Assembly: GCA_000004695.1 (NCBI GenBank)
Contig: CM000154.2
Coordinates: 2,784,001 to 2,848,000, forward strand
DNA length: 64,000 nt
From: Dictyostelium discoideum
Taxonomy: Eukaryota
Direction of reading: 5' to 3'
The position numbers were made by a program, and so were the translations under genes. Of the stretch, positions 30,495 to 43,092 are shown one piece after another (position 1 is the first letter of the stretch; the number at the start of each line of letters is the position of its first letter). The notes below the pieces were generated by a model. That model worked only from the letters and a program-made list of their open reading frames with translations, was not told the DNA's origin and did not search any database.

Positions 30495-32075
30495 CAATAA
30501 CAATAATTTATAAAAATATTTACTTGAAACAATTGTAAATTTTGGTTCACCATCTGGTCTTAAACTATAAGAACTTAAAAAATTAAAATCATGTTTAATT
30601 GATTTAATTTCTGGATGATTATCAAATTGAGAAGAATTAAAAGCCGGTGGATATTTACCAGCCAATGTTAAATGATGATCATCATTCATCATTAAACCCT
30701 TGGTCATAAAATTATAACAACTATCATCAGGGGAACTATTAAAATCACCACAAACCACGATTGGAATATTATTTTCTAATTTATTTACTTGAATGAAATT
30801 TGATAAAATCATTGTGAACAAATGAATTTGAACACATTGAATATGATAATTATAACCTTGAGAGCCCCAATACATATGTTTTGAAACGACTATCATCTTT
30901 TGTTTAGTTTGTTTATCCTGTAGTAACACCAATGCATGATGAACATGATGTGATGAATGTTCAAGGAAATGAGTTATACATGATTTATAAATTGGATCTT
31001 GAATTAAAATTTCAACCAATTCCTTTTTCAATAGTTTTTGATCGGGTCTATTTAATTTTGTATAATCAATTTCCAAACCTTGTAATAAGTTGAATCTATC
31101 CTTTTTGAAAAATATGAAACAACCTTCACGATAACTATTATTAAAACCACCCATTGTAGTTTGTGGTGATTCATTGGAATCATTAGCATAGGATGGGTAA
31201 TAGTCATAACCGCCACGTACATTCATCTCTTTAAATAATTGCCAATATAATCTATCAACTTCTTGTGTACCAACTATATCTGCTTTATATTGTAATATCT
31301 GTTCAATTAACAAGTAACTTCTATAAGAATTCCAACGTAATGAATAACTTGCTGAGTGAGTATACCAACTATCTGAAACATAACAATCTGCTAATATATT
31401 ATATTGTATAATTCTATATTGATTATTAATATTATTATTATTATTATTTAATGGTTCATTTATTTTTAATAATTCTCTACTCTTTTCAAATAAAATTTTA
31501 TGTTTATATTCAATTATTATTGGTATTTCATTATCATTATTATTACTATTATTAGATGATGTTGATGATGATGATGATGATTTATTAAATAATTTTGAAA
31601 ATATATTATTTGATTTATTTTCATGTTGTTCAAAAATTAATGGTGATATTTTAATTTCAAATATTAATTCTTTACCTGAATGTTCTTTTTTTGGTGTAAA
31701 TGAAATAGTTGGCGCTGATGAATTATTTGAATAATGTAACAACTTTTCAATATTTTCACCATCTATCATCCATTTTGAAGATATAATTGCTTTACTATAT
31801 TTTAATTTTGAATTTTGATTTTTAAATGTAAAAATAAATGGTACATATGTAATTGGTTTTCCTGGGATAATACTAAAACTTTTTTCTGCTTCTCCAAATT
31901 TAAAATTTTCTGGTAATATAATTTTAAGTGGTTCTTCTTTAACTTTTGATTTTGTTACAATTGTTGATTGGGGTGGTAGGGGTGGTGGGGGTGGTGGTGT
32001 TGATGATGATGGTAACTCTTCATTTTTTATTGAATTTTCTGTAGTTGTAATATTGTTTTTATCTGTTTCTTCCAT
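30027..32075 (-). CDS. CCR4/nocturnin/PDE12-type endonuclease-exonuclease-phosphatase (EEP) family protein. complement(join(30027..30196,30524..32075)), about 574 aa.
   Basis: The catalytic-domain start RIIQYNILADCY..YSLRWNSYRSYLLIEQILQYKADIVGTQEVD is typical of CCR4-family Mg-dependent deadenylases and phosphodiesterases. The C-terminal ..LTLASDHILLMTDLELL contains the conserved SDH. A 327-nt AT-rich intron (minus-strand GTAAAT...CTTATAG) removes the poly-L/F/Y read-through seen in the ORF track. The N-terminal 200 aa have no recognisable domain and include a PPPPPPLPP stretch. Confidence 0.75.
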
Positions 32076-32487
32076 ATCTATTAGTGTTGAGATAAAATTA
32101 AATAAAAAAAAATTAAAAACCCATTAATTAAAAAATTAAAAAATTAGGAAAAAAAAAAAAAAAAAAATTTAAAAAAAAAAATTCAAAGAAAATATTTTTT
32201 TTATTTTTAGATATTTAAAATTAATAAAATTTTTTTTTTTTTTTTTTAATTCCCAAATTTGTTGTATGGGTTTTAAAAAATAAAATTAAGAAACCTGAAA
32301 AAAAAAAAAATGAAAACTGTCAAAAAAAAAAATATATTAAATAAGATATTTAGTTATCAAGTGTTTTAATTGATTAAAAAATTGGGAAAAAAAAAATTTT
32401 AAAAAAATATCTTTTTTTTTTTTTAATTTTTTAATTTTTTTTTTTTTTTTTTTATTTTTTTTTTTATGTTTAAAAACTGAAAATAAG

Positions 32488-33662
32488 ATGGAACCCATGG
32501 CAACAGTAACACTTAAAGATATTAAAGAAGCACATAAAAGAATTGAAAAATATATACATAAAACACCTGTACTCACAAACTCTACAATCAATGAGTTAGC
32601 AGGTAAAGAGTTATATTTTAAATGTGAAAATTTACAAAAAACAGTAAGTGGTAATAAAAAAATAAAAAAAAAATAAAATAAAAAAACATTTGGTGTTAAA
32701 TCTATTTTTTTTTTTTTTTTTTTTTTAGGGAAGTTTTAAAATGCGTGGTGCATGTAATGCAATTTTTTCATTAGATGAAGAAGAGTTAAGTAAAGGTGTT
32801 GTAACTCATAGTAGTGGTAATCATGGTCAAGCATTATCATATGCATCAAAAGTTAGATGTGTAAAATGTTATGTAGTTGTACCAGAGGATGCACCATCAG
32901 TTAAATTGAATGCTATTTGTGGATATGGAGCAACTGTTACAAAATGTAAAGCAACATTGGAAGCAAGAGAATCAAATACTAAACAATTAATTGAACAACA
33001 TTCTTGTAAGTTAATTCATCCATTCGATAATTTACAAGTTATCGCAGGTCAAGGTACAGCATCATTAGAATTAATGGAACAAGTTGAGAATTTAGATGCA
33101 ATCATTACGCCAGTTGGTGGTGGTGGTTTGTTATCTGGTACTTGTATCACTGCAAAATCATTAAATCCAAATATTAAAGTATTTGCTGCTGAACCATTAG
33201 GTGCTGATGATACTTATCGTTCACTGTTATCTGGTGAAATTCAAAAACATACCCCTGGTAAACCAAATACAATCGCCGATGGTTTATTAACCACTGTTGG
33301 TTCTCTCACTTTTCCAATCATTAAAGAAAATTGTGATGGTGTCATTCTTGTAACTGAAGATGAAATTAAATATGCAATGAAAGTATGTTTTTTTTTTTTT
33401 TTTTTTTTTTTTTTTAGTTGCAAAATAATAATAATAATAATAACTATTATTTCAATTTTAAACTAATTTTTTTTTATTTTAATTTTTAAAAATATAGTTG
33501 GTTTGGGAAAGAATGAAAATAATTATTGAACCTTCATCTGCAACAACATTGGCTGCAATTTTAAAACAAGAGTTTAAAGATAAAAAAGATATTAAAAAAG
33601 TAGGTATTATAATTTCTGGAGGTAATGTAGATTTAAGTTCAATTTCAAAGATTTTAAATTAA
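32488..33662 (+). CDS. srr: Serine racemase (PLP fold-type II). join(32488..32643,32729..33382,33498..33662), 324 aa.
   Basis: Aligns colinearly with human SRR. ..TPVLTNSTINELAGKELYFKCENLQKT|GSFKMRGA carries the PLP-binding Lys in GSFK. VTHSSGNHGQALSYA, GGGGLLSG, ..VTEDEIKYAMK|LVWERMKIIIEPSSA and the terminal SGGNVDL are all present. Splice junctions interrupt the alignment at GTAAGT/TTTTAG and GTATGT/ATATAG. Confidence 0.85.
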
Positions 33663-33849
33663 ATAAAACTGGATTTAAAAATTGTTTAAATAAAAAAAAA
33701 AAAAAAATTTTTGGACATTTACCAGAATGTAAACCCACAATTGTTCTCTTTTTTTTCGGTTTTTTTCACATTTTTTCGAATTAAAAAAAAAAAAAAAAAA
33801 AAAAAAAGTTTTTATAATTTAAATTAAATCAAAATTGGATTTTTACAAA

Positions 33850-33888
<39 letters not shown>

Positions 33889-34341
33889 TTTATTTTTATT
33901 TTTATTTTGATTCTGTTCATTTTGATTTTTTTGCAATTTTAAAGATTGTGAATGTGCCCTGAATAAAACAAAAAAAAAGAAAAAAAATAAAAAATAAAAA
34001 ATAAAAATAAATAAAAAATATTCACAATATTCACAAATAAAAGCAATATCTATAAAAAATTTTTTTTTTTTTTTCCCCACATTCAAAACCAACACACCCC
34101 ACACATTTACAACTTCTATTTCCTTTATTATAATTTTAATTTATTTGATTTTTATTAATATTTAAGATAATAGTTTTTTTATTTTTTTTTTTTTTATAAA
34201 TAAAAAAAAAAAGTATTTTTCTTTTTTTTCATTAATAAAAATAATAATTCATAAAACTTTTTTTTTTTTATTTTTTTTTTTTTATTAATAATAAAATTTA
34301 ATGTATATATAATAATAAATTAAACACATAAATATATTATA

Positions 34342-35113
34342 ATGAATTTAAATAACTTCTCTTTAATAAGAGATTTAGCAAAAAACAAACATATATTCAA
34401 ATTTAAAACTGACAATATCAATAAAAATATTTTACCATTTAGTACAAAATATGAACCGAAATCTAAATTTAAAAACAATGAAAGTATTATCAAAGTTTTA
34501 AATAATAACAATAGCAATAGCAATAGCAATAGCAATAGCAATAGCAATATAATCAGAAACAATGAAAAAATTAAAAAACAAATTATATCGAATAAAATAA
34601 CATCATCATCGTCATCACCATTAAATAAGATTCAACCAATATTTTCAACATCTTTAATATCAAATAATATTAATAAATTTAATAGTTTAATTAATAATAC
34701 AAATATTCAATCTCAAAGATTTTATTGTGGTATTTGGGGTGGTGGTAAAAATAATAAAAACAATCAAAATAAAAATAATAATGATAGTAATGAAAATAAA
34801 AATGATAGTAATAATAATAATAGTAGTAGTAGTGGTAGTAATGGTAACAAAGAAGAAAAAAACAATGAAAATAAACAAACTAAATATTCATATAAAGAAG
34901 GTATATTTGCATTTATTCAAAAGTTGGTTGAAAAAGTAAAATACTTTTTAACAAGAAATAAACCTTTAACTTCTGATCAAAGAATTGCAATTATTAGTTG
35001 GGCTGCATTTGGTACTGGTACTTTAATATTAATTGGTACAACTTCTTTAGTTTCATTTATTTTATTCTTTGCAAATACATTTGAATTTTCTGGTAAGTTA
35101 AAACACTATTCAA

Positions 35114-35155
<42 letters not shown>

Positions 35156-36767
35156 CAAAAAAATTATTTCTAATAAAATAATTTAAATTATATATTTATA
35201 TATATAGAATTTTTAGCAAATAAAGTTGGTAAATATTTAACAAATAATACAGGTATTACAATTACATTTGAATCGGCAAGAGGTGATATGAAAACAGGAT
35301 ATATTAGATTAGAGAATGTGAATATATCACGTACACCAAGATCAGATGATAGAGTATCATCAATTCAATTATCAATTAGACAAATTGATATTAAATTAAA
35401 TTTCCTATGGTTTTTAGAAGGTAAAGGATTGATACAAGAATGTTTAGTCAATGGTGTTAGAGGATTAATTGATAGAAGAACCGAAGGTATCAATTGGAAT
35501 AAAAATATGGTTTATCCAAGAAGAAAGAAAATGTCTGGTGATTTTGAATTTGAAAAATTGGAAGTACGTGATCTATTCGTTACAATGTATTTACCTGATA
35601 AAAGTTATAGACCATTACCAATTTCAATCTATCATTTAGAAAGTGATAGATTTAGAAAACAATGGATGCTATTAGACTTAATCTCTTGTAAAAGTATTGT
35701 TGGTAAATTTGATAATTCTTTATTCACTCTCACAATTCCACAACATCATCGTCAATTCAATATAGAACAAGAAGATCTACTATCAATGAAATTAAAACAA
35801 CTAACTTCAAATAATAATCAAAATTTTAGAAATCATGATAATTATTATAATTATATAACTGAACCATCTGATAATTTATTTTTAACTCAATCAAATTCAC
35901 AAATTGATAATTATAATAGTAATAATAATAATAATAGTAATTTTATTGATAATAATTCAGAAATTAATAATAATAATTTTGGAGAAAAAAGATTATCAAA
36001 AAATAAATTAACAAAAAAGAAAAGAGATGAAAAGATTGAATATAGAGAATTAAAGATTGATGGATTAAATACTGATATACTTAGTAGAAATGCAACAGGA
36101 CCATTGGGTTGGATTAAAGAGGGTACTTTTGATATTGACCTTTTAATTTTATTACCAAATCATATGGATGATAACGAAAAAGAACTTTTATCAACTGAAC
36201 AAGTTGAATATGGTATTATTCCACCTTCATCAGAGAATCCACGTATGAATTTACATTTAGATTTTAAAGTTCAATTGAATCATCTATATAGTGTTGCTCC
36301 ATTATATACACCAGAGATATCCTATATTTCAAATGCATTGGCTCATCCAATAGTTGCTTACATCAATTCTCATTCAAAACATATACCATTATCTTTTAAA
36401 TTTGCAATGAATGTACGTCAATTCAATGGATCTTGGACACCAAGTCAAGCTTGTTTCTGGGAAATGATCTCTGCAAGTGTTTATGCTGAACTCTTAAAAA
36501 AAGTACAAGAAACTAAAAATGTAACAACCCTTAAAAAGGTTGCTTCAGATTTGGTTAATGATTTAGTTCAATGGATTGCTCCTCATTTACAAGCAATTCA
36601 TTATCAACAAAAAGAAAAAGAAGAACAAGAAAAATTATTATTATTACAAAAAGAATTAAAAGAAAAACATAAAAAACGTATTTCTCAAAATAATAACAAT
36701 CATGATGAAACTATTTTATATAATGAAAATGGTGAAATCATTTCAAATGAACAAGAGAATATTGAAG

Positions 36768-36801
<34 letters not shown>

Positions 36802-36952
36802 AAAACTAGAAAATGTAAAAGAAAATCAATCAGATAATGAACAAGATGAAGACAATCAAGAAGAAGAAGAAGAACCAATTAATCAACAACTTGTTTATTA
36901 TCAAGAAATGCAAAAATTATTAGATAATCAACAACAAAAACAATATTATTAA
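34342..36952 (+). CDS. MDM31/MDM32-like mitochondrial inner-membrane protein. Approximately join(34342..35092,35208..36952), about 832 aa.
   Basis: Exon 1: N-rich N-terminal region and one TM helix (IAIISWAAFGTGTLILIGTTSLVSFILFF). A GTAAGT donor and a 115-nt intron with an ATATAG acceptor follow. Exon 2 starts EFLANKVGKYLTNNTGITITFESARGDMKTGYIRLENVNISR, which is the hallmark Mdm31/Mdm32 family block. The Q/E/N-rich C-terminus is low complexity. Confidence 0.65.
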
Positions 36953-37080
36953 AAAATAAAAATTAATAATTTGTGTATATATAAAATATATTTAATAATA
37001 ATATTTTATTTTATTTTTTTTTGATTACTACACAATAGAATTTTTTGTTTTAAATTTTTTTTATTTTAATTTATTTTAAT

Positions 37081-39256
37081 TTAATTTAATAACCATTTAA
37101 TAGCACTTTCAACTTGTTTATTTAATGTAATTTTAACATTTTTAACTTTTTTTGATGAAGCATATTTTTGTTTTTCATTATGACTTTGAATATCTTTAAT
37201 GATTCTACCAGAGATTTCAAGTGATAAAACTTCTTCACCAAGGAGATTTATATCGTGTGGTGAAAGACCTTCTTTTTCTTTTGAACGGGCGGCTTCAAAA
37301 GTATCAAGTTCAATTTGATGAGATTTAAGGATTTCATTTAATTTTTCTAATTGTTTCTCTCTATCTTTAACATTTGGGCTTTCTTTAAGGTTTTTAATTT
37401 CCAATTGGAGGTATTCTGCATAGTCGTGATTAACAGCAACCAATGAATTATGAGCTACAAAGATTGCAAATTTGGCAAATGCATTTGATAAAACCTCAAA
37501 TTCTTGGGAATATTTCTCTTTGAGTTCTAAATTCTCTTTAACTCTTCTATTGGCGACAGCAGTGAGTTCTTCTTTGGAAAGGATTTTACCTTTGATACCT
37601 TCATCAATGACTTGAATTGCTTCTTTAACATGAACGATATCAGACACTGAATGATCTTTATAAGAACAACCACATTCTTTACAACCACCCAAGATACCAA
37701 ATGTGTGATGCCAGTAGAGACTTGAACTTTTATTGATTTTATTCTTGAAGGAGGCGGAACAATGACGACCAACGAATTCTTTAGCACCTTTTGGAGTATC
37801 CATTTTACTGGTTTTATGACAGCCTAATTTATTACAGAAAACGGCAGGTTCATCCAATTGTTCCCAAACTAATTTATCGAGTTGTGCCATGACATATGGT
37901 TTCAATTTCTCTAAATCATCTTTATGTTTTCTGATATTTTCATTTTGTTGTTCAATATTATATAAAAATCTTTGAATTGAAGTTAAACAGAAATGAATTG
38001 GTGTACCCATCTTTCTGATCATTTCTCTGGTGTTATTAATACATTCAGTATCTTTAACTCTATGTGGTGGAGTACTAAGAATTGTATTCATTAATTTGGT
38101 GGCCTCGGATGATGATCTCTTCCAACTGTGGGAATAAACTTCAATATCTTCTTCTGAAAAGTTTGCACCATTTAATTTTGATGCCAATACATTGAATGCT
38201 TCATTTTCAAAATTGAATACTCTACCGGTGGTTTCCATTTTTACGTCTGTATGATGCACCATTGATTCCAAATGAGTTTGGAGAAGTGTAAGGGCTGGTC
38301 CAGCTCTATACATTGAACTTCTGGTATTGGTGAAGCAAAAGAAGATATTATTCTTTGCAGAATAATGTAAATGATGCAACAATTCATTGATACAATATTT
38401 GTACATGGTATTGATTCTATTATCTGTTGATCTTAATAAAATTAAAATACCATGAAGTTCTTCAAATTCTGAGAGTTCTTTAAGAATTACTTCAAAGTTT
38501 AAGTCATCTTGTTTACAACCACGAGTATCGGCAACACCTGGTGTATCTAAAATTGTCATTGTTTTATTGTTTCCCATATCGATGACATATCTCTTTGGCT
38601 TAACGGTAACTGATTCACCATCTTTATGTTCTTGTGAAAGGTATTTTGATTTACCAACAACGAAACTATGTGATACATTATTCGAATCAACAATTTGAAC
38701 TTTATTAGGAATGGTGGCAACATTATCCAAACTGGCAAGATTCATAGCTTGTTCCAATGATTCATATTTCAAATAGTTTACCAATGATGAAATAAATGTA
38801 CTTTTACCAACACCAGTACTACCTAAAACTAAAATATTTGTATTCTTTGGTGTTTCAATTTTTTCAACCTTTGGTTCTAATTGAACTTTTAAATCTTCTT
38901 TAATTTTTGGTTCTTCTTCTTCTCCATTTCCTTTTGTTACTTCCCCATCATGTGGTTCTGCAACACAAGCCTTAATTTCACCTTCTTTATCTTCAACATT
39001 AGCATTTTCAACTTTTTCTGCTAATTGGTTTACTGCATCATCTGGGGTTTCTGAAAAAAAAAAATAAAAAAAAATAAAAAAAAAATGAAAAAATAAAAAA
39101 ATAAAAAAAAAAAAAAAAAAACAGGAAAATAATTAAATTAAAATGGTCATTTTATAAAATAAAATAAAATAAAAAAATAAAAAATAAAAAAGAAATTTAA
39201 AAAAAATAATAATATTAATGATAATAATATTTACCTCCAACAACTGGGATATGCAT
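37081..39256 (-). CDS. P-loop GTPase, AIG1/septin-like TRAFAC class, with a Cys/His-rich segment and C-terminal coiled coil. complement(join(37081..39050,39235..39256)), about 663 aa.
   Basis: Exon 1 MHIPVVG has a GTAAAT donor. Exon 2 runs ETPDDAVNQLAEKVENANVEDKEGEIKACVAEPHDGE..NILVLGSTGVGKSTFISSL (G1), ILDTPGVADTRG (G3), ILILLRSTD.. and FCFTNTRSS. Next comes a C/H cluster, CNKLGCHKT...HCSASF...GGCKECGCSYKDH, which is zinc-ribbon-like. A heptad-repeat tail follows. The ORF-track ORF starts at an internal Met at 38784, but the open frame and the G1 motif continue upstream. Confidence 0.6.
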
Positions 39257-39824
39257 ATTTTGTTTGATATATGTAATGAAATAATTAGAAAATAAATTTG
39301 AGTTGTAATGAAAAAAAAAAAAAATGTGAAAAAAAAAAAAATTTAAATCTTGTAAAAAAAAAAAAAAAAAAAAAAAAATCACTTAAAAAATTAAGCCCAC
39401 ATTTTAAAAATTTAAAATTAAGTTAAAGATTTTTTAAAAAATCTTGAAAAAACTCAAAGAAAAAAAAAAAAAATTAAAACCAATCAAAAAAAAAACACTG
39501 TTTTAAGTTAGAGTTTAAAATAAGTTAAAAAAATGGTGATTGTATATTTTTTTTAAAAAAAAAAAAAAAATAAAACAATATCCAAAACCACCAAAGAAAT
39601 TTAAACAATTAAAAAAATAAATATCTAAAAATTTTAAATTAACAAAACATTTCATAAACTAAAATGCTTTTTTTTTTAAAAAAAAAAATAAAAAAAAATA
39701 ATAAAAATCCAAAACAATTAATTTTAAATAAAGAAAAGTTTTAAATTCTTAATCTTTATTTTATTTTATTTCTTATTTATTTTATTTTTTATTTATTTTT
39801 TTTTTTTTTATTAATTTTTTATTT

Positions 39825-42023
39825 TTAATCTTTTTTAATATTTGAAGAAGAAAGATTTGAATAATAACTCATTGATTTATGACCAAAGAAAACTAATGGA
39901 ATCATTAATAAAGCTAAATTTTTGAGGGTAACATCCATTGTGGAGTGTAACCAATAGTTTACAATTAAGAGACCAGTTGCAGAGATACAACCAAGGAAAC
40001 CAATGGTGTAAATGAAACCCATACCAGTTGGGAATCTACCAAGATTGGTACCAACGAATAAGAGACCAATGACAAAGATGGCGATTGGTGATAAGACCAA
40101 GAGAGTGAATAAACTTGAGATAGATTGTGGTGGTCTCTTTTCAGCTACTCTAAAGTTGTGAGAGATTGGGAGTTGTTCTGGATAACGATTGGTTGGAATG
40201 GTTGATTGATTGAATTTCAAATTAATTTCACCGAAATTCCATTGTAATGGAGTGATTGATTGATCACCAATGATTAAATCCAATTGATAATTTCCAGATT
40301 GACAACCTAAAATCTTGCAAGCATCTTTATTGGTGAAGGTGTAAGAGTAGGCATCAGCAGAGTAAGTTGCTGGAACTACGGCTTCTCTAGCTGGTGAATA
40401 GAAACGAATACCAACTTGTTGAGCTTGATATGGTTGAGCTTCAGATGCGATTCTAAAGAAGATACGAGCGATATTATTTGATGGGATTTCAATTAATGGT
40501 AATTTTTGACCAAATTGAACTTCATTGGTAGTCTTTGGAGAACCTAATTGATCGGATTTTGGTGCATATGATAATTTCATATCGTTGACGGTAACGGCAC
40601 CAGTGATTGTAATGATTTGAATGTTGGTGATAGATTTGTAACTATCGGTATCGACTGGTTGAACTTTGAATTCGAAATTGTATGAACCCAATTTAAGGTT
40701 CTCATTGGAGAGATCGGCGACAAAGCTGTTATCAGAGGATTGGAATTTCATTTCCTTACCAGAGAGTATTGGTGTTGAACGTGGATTCTTTGATGAGACA
40801 ACCTTGTTGATCACAATTGATGCTTCGATTGGTTGATCGAAAATATCGGTGACACGAACACGAATATCATTCAAACCGGATGGTGAGTAAATTGATTTAA
40901 CTAAAGCCAAAGAGATTGGTTGAGAGATTGAATTCTTTTGACATCTCTTGAGTGCAACGATTAAATGGTAAGCATCAGAGAGGGATTCAACATTCTTTTG
41001 TCTTAAAAGGTATTCAGAGATTTGATTGATTTGCTTGTTACTAATGACATCGGCCACCTTATCGTTAACGCTTGCCAATGAGAGTAAACCATGTAAGAGT
41101 GAGGAAGTGGTTGAAAGGTCGTTAAAGTATAGACTGTCGGTGGTTTCGTCGGCGGATGCTAAAACAGTGTCAACTTTGTTTACAACTTTTGCTACCAACT
41201 TATCGACTTCATTACTCTTTAAACGATGAGATAAACGAGCCAATGCAAAGTATGCAGCGGCTGTATTTTGAAGGTTACCTTCATCATCGGTACTGACAGA
41301 CTTGAAAGTACCATCTTCGTCCATGAGTGAAACCATTGAATTAACAGCTTGTATCAATAATGGATCAATTATTGAAACGGTTTTTGAATCGATTGCTTTT
41401 GCACTTGAAAGTGTGAAATAAATATTAATAGCTTGTGTCTTTTCCAATAATGAACCATTCTCTAATTTATTTTTTAATAAATCTTGTAATTGTTGTTCAT
41501 TTCCCAATGATGATGATGATTCACCTTGTAAACATTTTAATTCTGAAAGGATAGTAACTCCATTGAAAACTAATTCAATATCTGTAAATTTATTTTGTTT
41601 TAATTGTTCTTTGGTTTGTTTACAAATGTCTTTTGTTGCTTCAATATTTGTTTCACCAATACGTGTTAAAACTCCAACTCCATAAAATGTATCCTTTAAT
41701 GATTCACCATATAATTTGGTATTACCATTGTATTTACTTGAAATGAATTGTTTTATATTATTTATATCATTTTTACTGTATACATTACTAATACCACGTG
41801 TTGTAGTAATTTTACTTTGTACTGATCCTGAAATTACAATTGATATTAAAATGCTTAATACAATTAATATAATTAATTCTATAAAAAAAAAAAAAAAAAA
41901 GAATTAATATTATTAGTATTATTTTTAATTAAAAAAAAAAAAAAAAGATTTAAATTCTAGTTAATATGATATTAATTTTTTAAAAAAAAATTTAAAATAT
42001 ATATTTAAATTGAACTTACTCAT
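39825..42023 (-). CDS. Ribophorin II (oligosaccharyltransferase subunit RPN2/Swp1). complement(join(39825..41878,42020..42023)), about 685 aa. Exon 1 is 4 nt.
   Basis: The C-terminal region ..FRVAEKRPPQSISSLFTLLVLSPIAIFVIGLLF..GFIYTIGFLGCISATGLLIVNYWLHSTMD..LKNLALLMIPLVFFG aligns to human RPN2 ..[31 protein letters not shown]... over three TM segments. The N-terminal LKDTFYGVGVLTRIGETNIEATKDICKQ.. matches RPN2 [27 protein letters not shown]. The signal peptide MKLIILIVLSILISIVISGSVQS is created by splicing ATGA|GTAAGT ... TTTTTATAG|AATTAATT. Confidence 0.75.
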
Positions 42024-42802
42024 TTTTTTCTATATTTTTTATATTGTACAATAAATTACAACTATTGGTAATTTTTTTTTTTTTTTTTTTTCAAATTAAA
42101 AAATTTTGATGATCATGCATTCAAAAAAAAAAAAAAAATTGAAAAAAAAAAAAATTAAAAAAAAAAAAATTTAAATTTTGATGGAATTATATAAAACTCA
42201 ACAAAAGGTCAAATCAATTCCTCAAAAAAAAAAAAATAAATAAAAAAAAAAAAAAAAAAATTAAATTAAAATTAAAAGTATTGTTTTTTCCAAAAAAAAA
42301 AATTAATTAATTAATTAAAAAATTTAAATTTGGTTAATAAAATTCATAGTCCTTTTGTTACCCCTTTGAGATTTTTTAAACATTTTTGAAAAAAAAAAAA
42401 ATAAAAAATAAATAAATAAATACTGCTTTAAAAAAATCACTAAAGTGGAATAAAAAAAGAATATATATATATTTTATTCACTGAAAAAAAGAAATTAATA
42501 AAATTCAGCAATCTCCCAATTTTTAATTGGTTCAATTTTTAGTGAAAAAATTTCTTAAAATATTACAAAAACTACTAAATCAAATAAAAAATGAGACAGC
42601 TGAATTTTATTAATTTAAAATTTATAAATTTCTTTTTTTTTTCTAGTGTTTCAATTATATTTTAAACAAAACAATGAAATTCGAAATCAAATAAAAAAAA
42701 AAAATAAAAAAAAATAAAAAATAAAAAATAAAAAATAAAAATAAAAAAAAATAAAAAAAATGAAAAAATGAATTTTTTTTTAAACGATCAAATTTAGGCC
42801 GT

Positions 42803-42854
<52 letters not shown>

Positions 42855-42904
42855 TTTTTTTAACTCTTTTTCAATTCAATACTTTGCATATATATAAATC
42901 AAAA

Positions 42905-42989
42905 ATGATTAGAATATTTCAAAGATCTTTAATCATTTCTAGAGATCAATTAATAAATAAATGCAATGGTTTAAATTGTAAGTGTTAAG

Positions 42990-43028
<39 letters not shown>

Positions 43029-43060
43029 AACAACTAACCAATTAAATATATATGTATATA

Positions 43061-43092
<32 letters not shown>

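Noticed and set aside
33241-34104. ORFs 33241..33423 (-) and 33829..34104 (-)
   Set aside because: The first is antisense to the serine racemase exon 2. The second is an A/T-tract translation in intergenic DNA.
34687-34939. ORFs 34687..34878 (-) and 34727..34939 (+) inside the MDM31-like exon 1
   Set aside because: Alternative frames of an AAT/AAC-rich (N-rich) coding segment.
41026-41907. ORFs 41026..41229 (+) and 41716..41907 (+)
   Set aside because: Antisense to ribophorin II exon 2.
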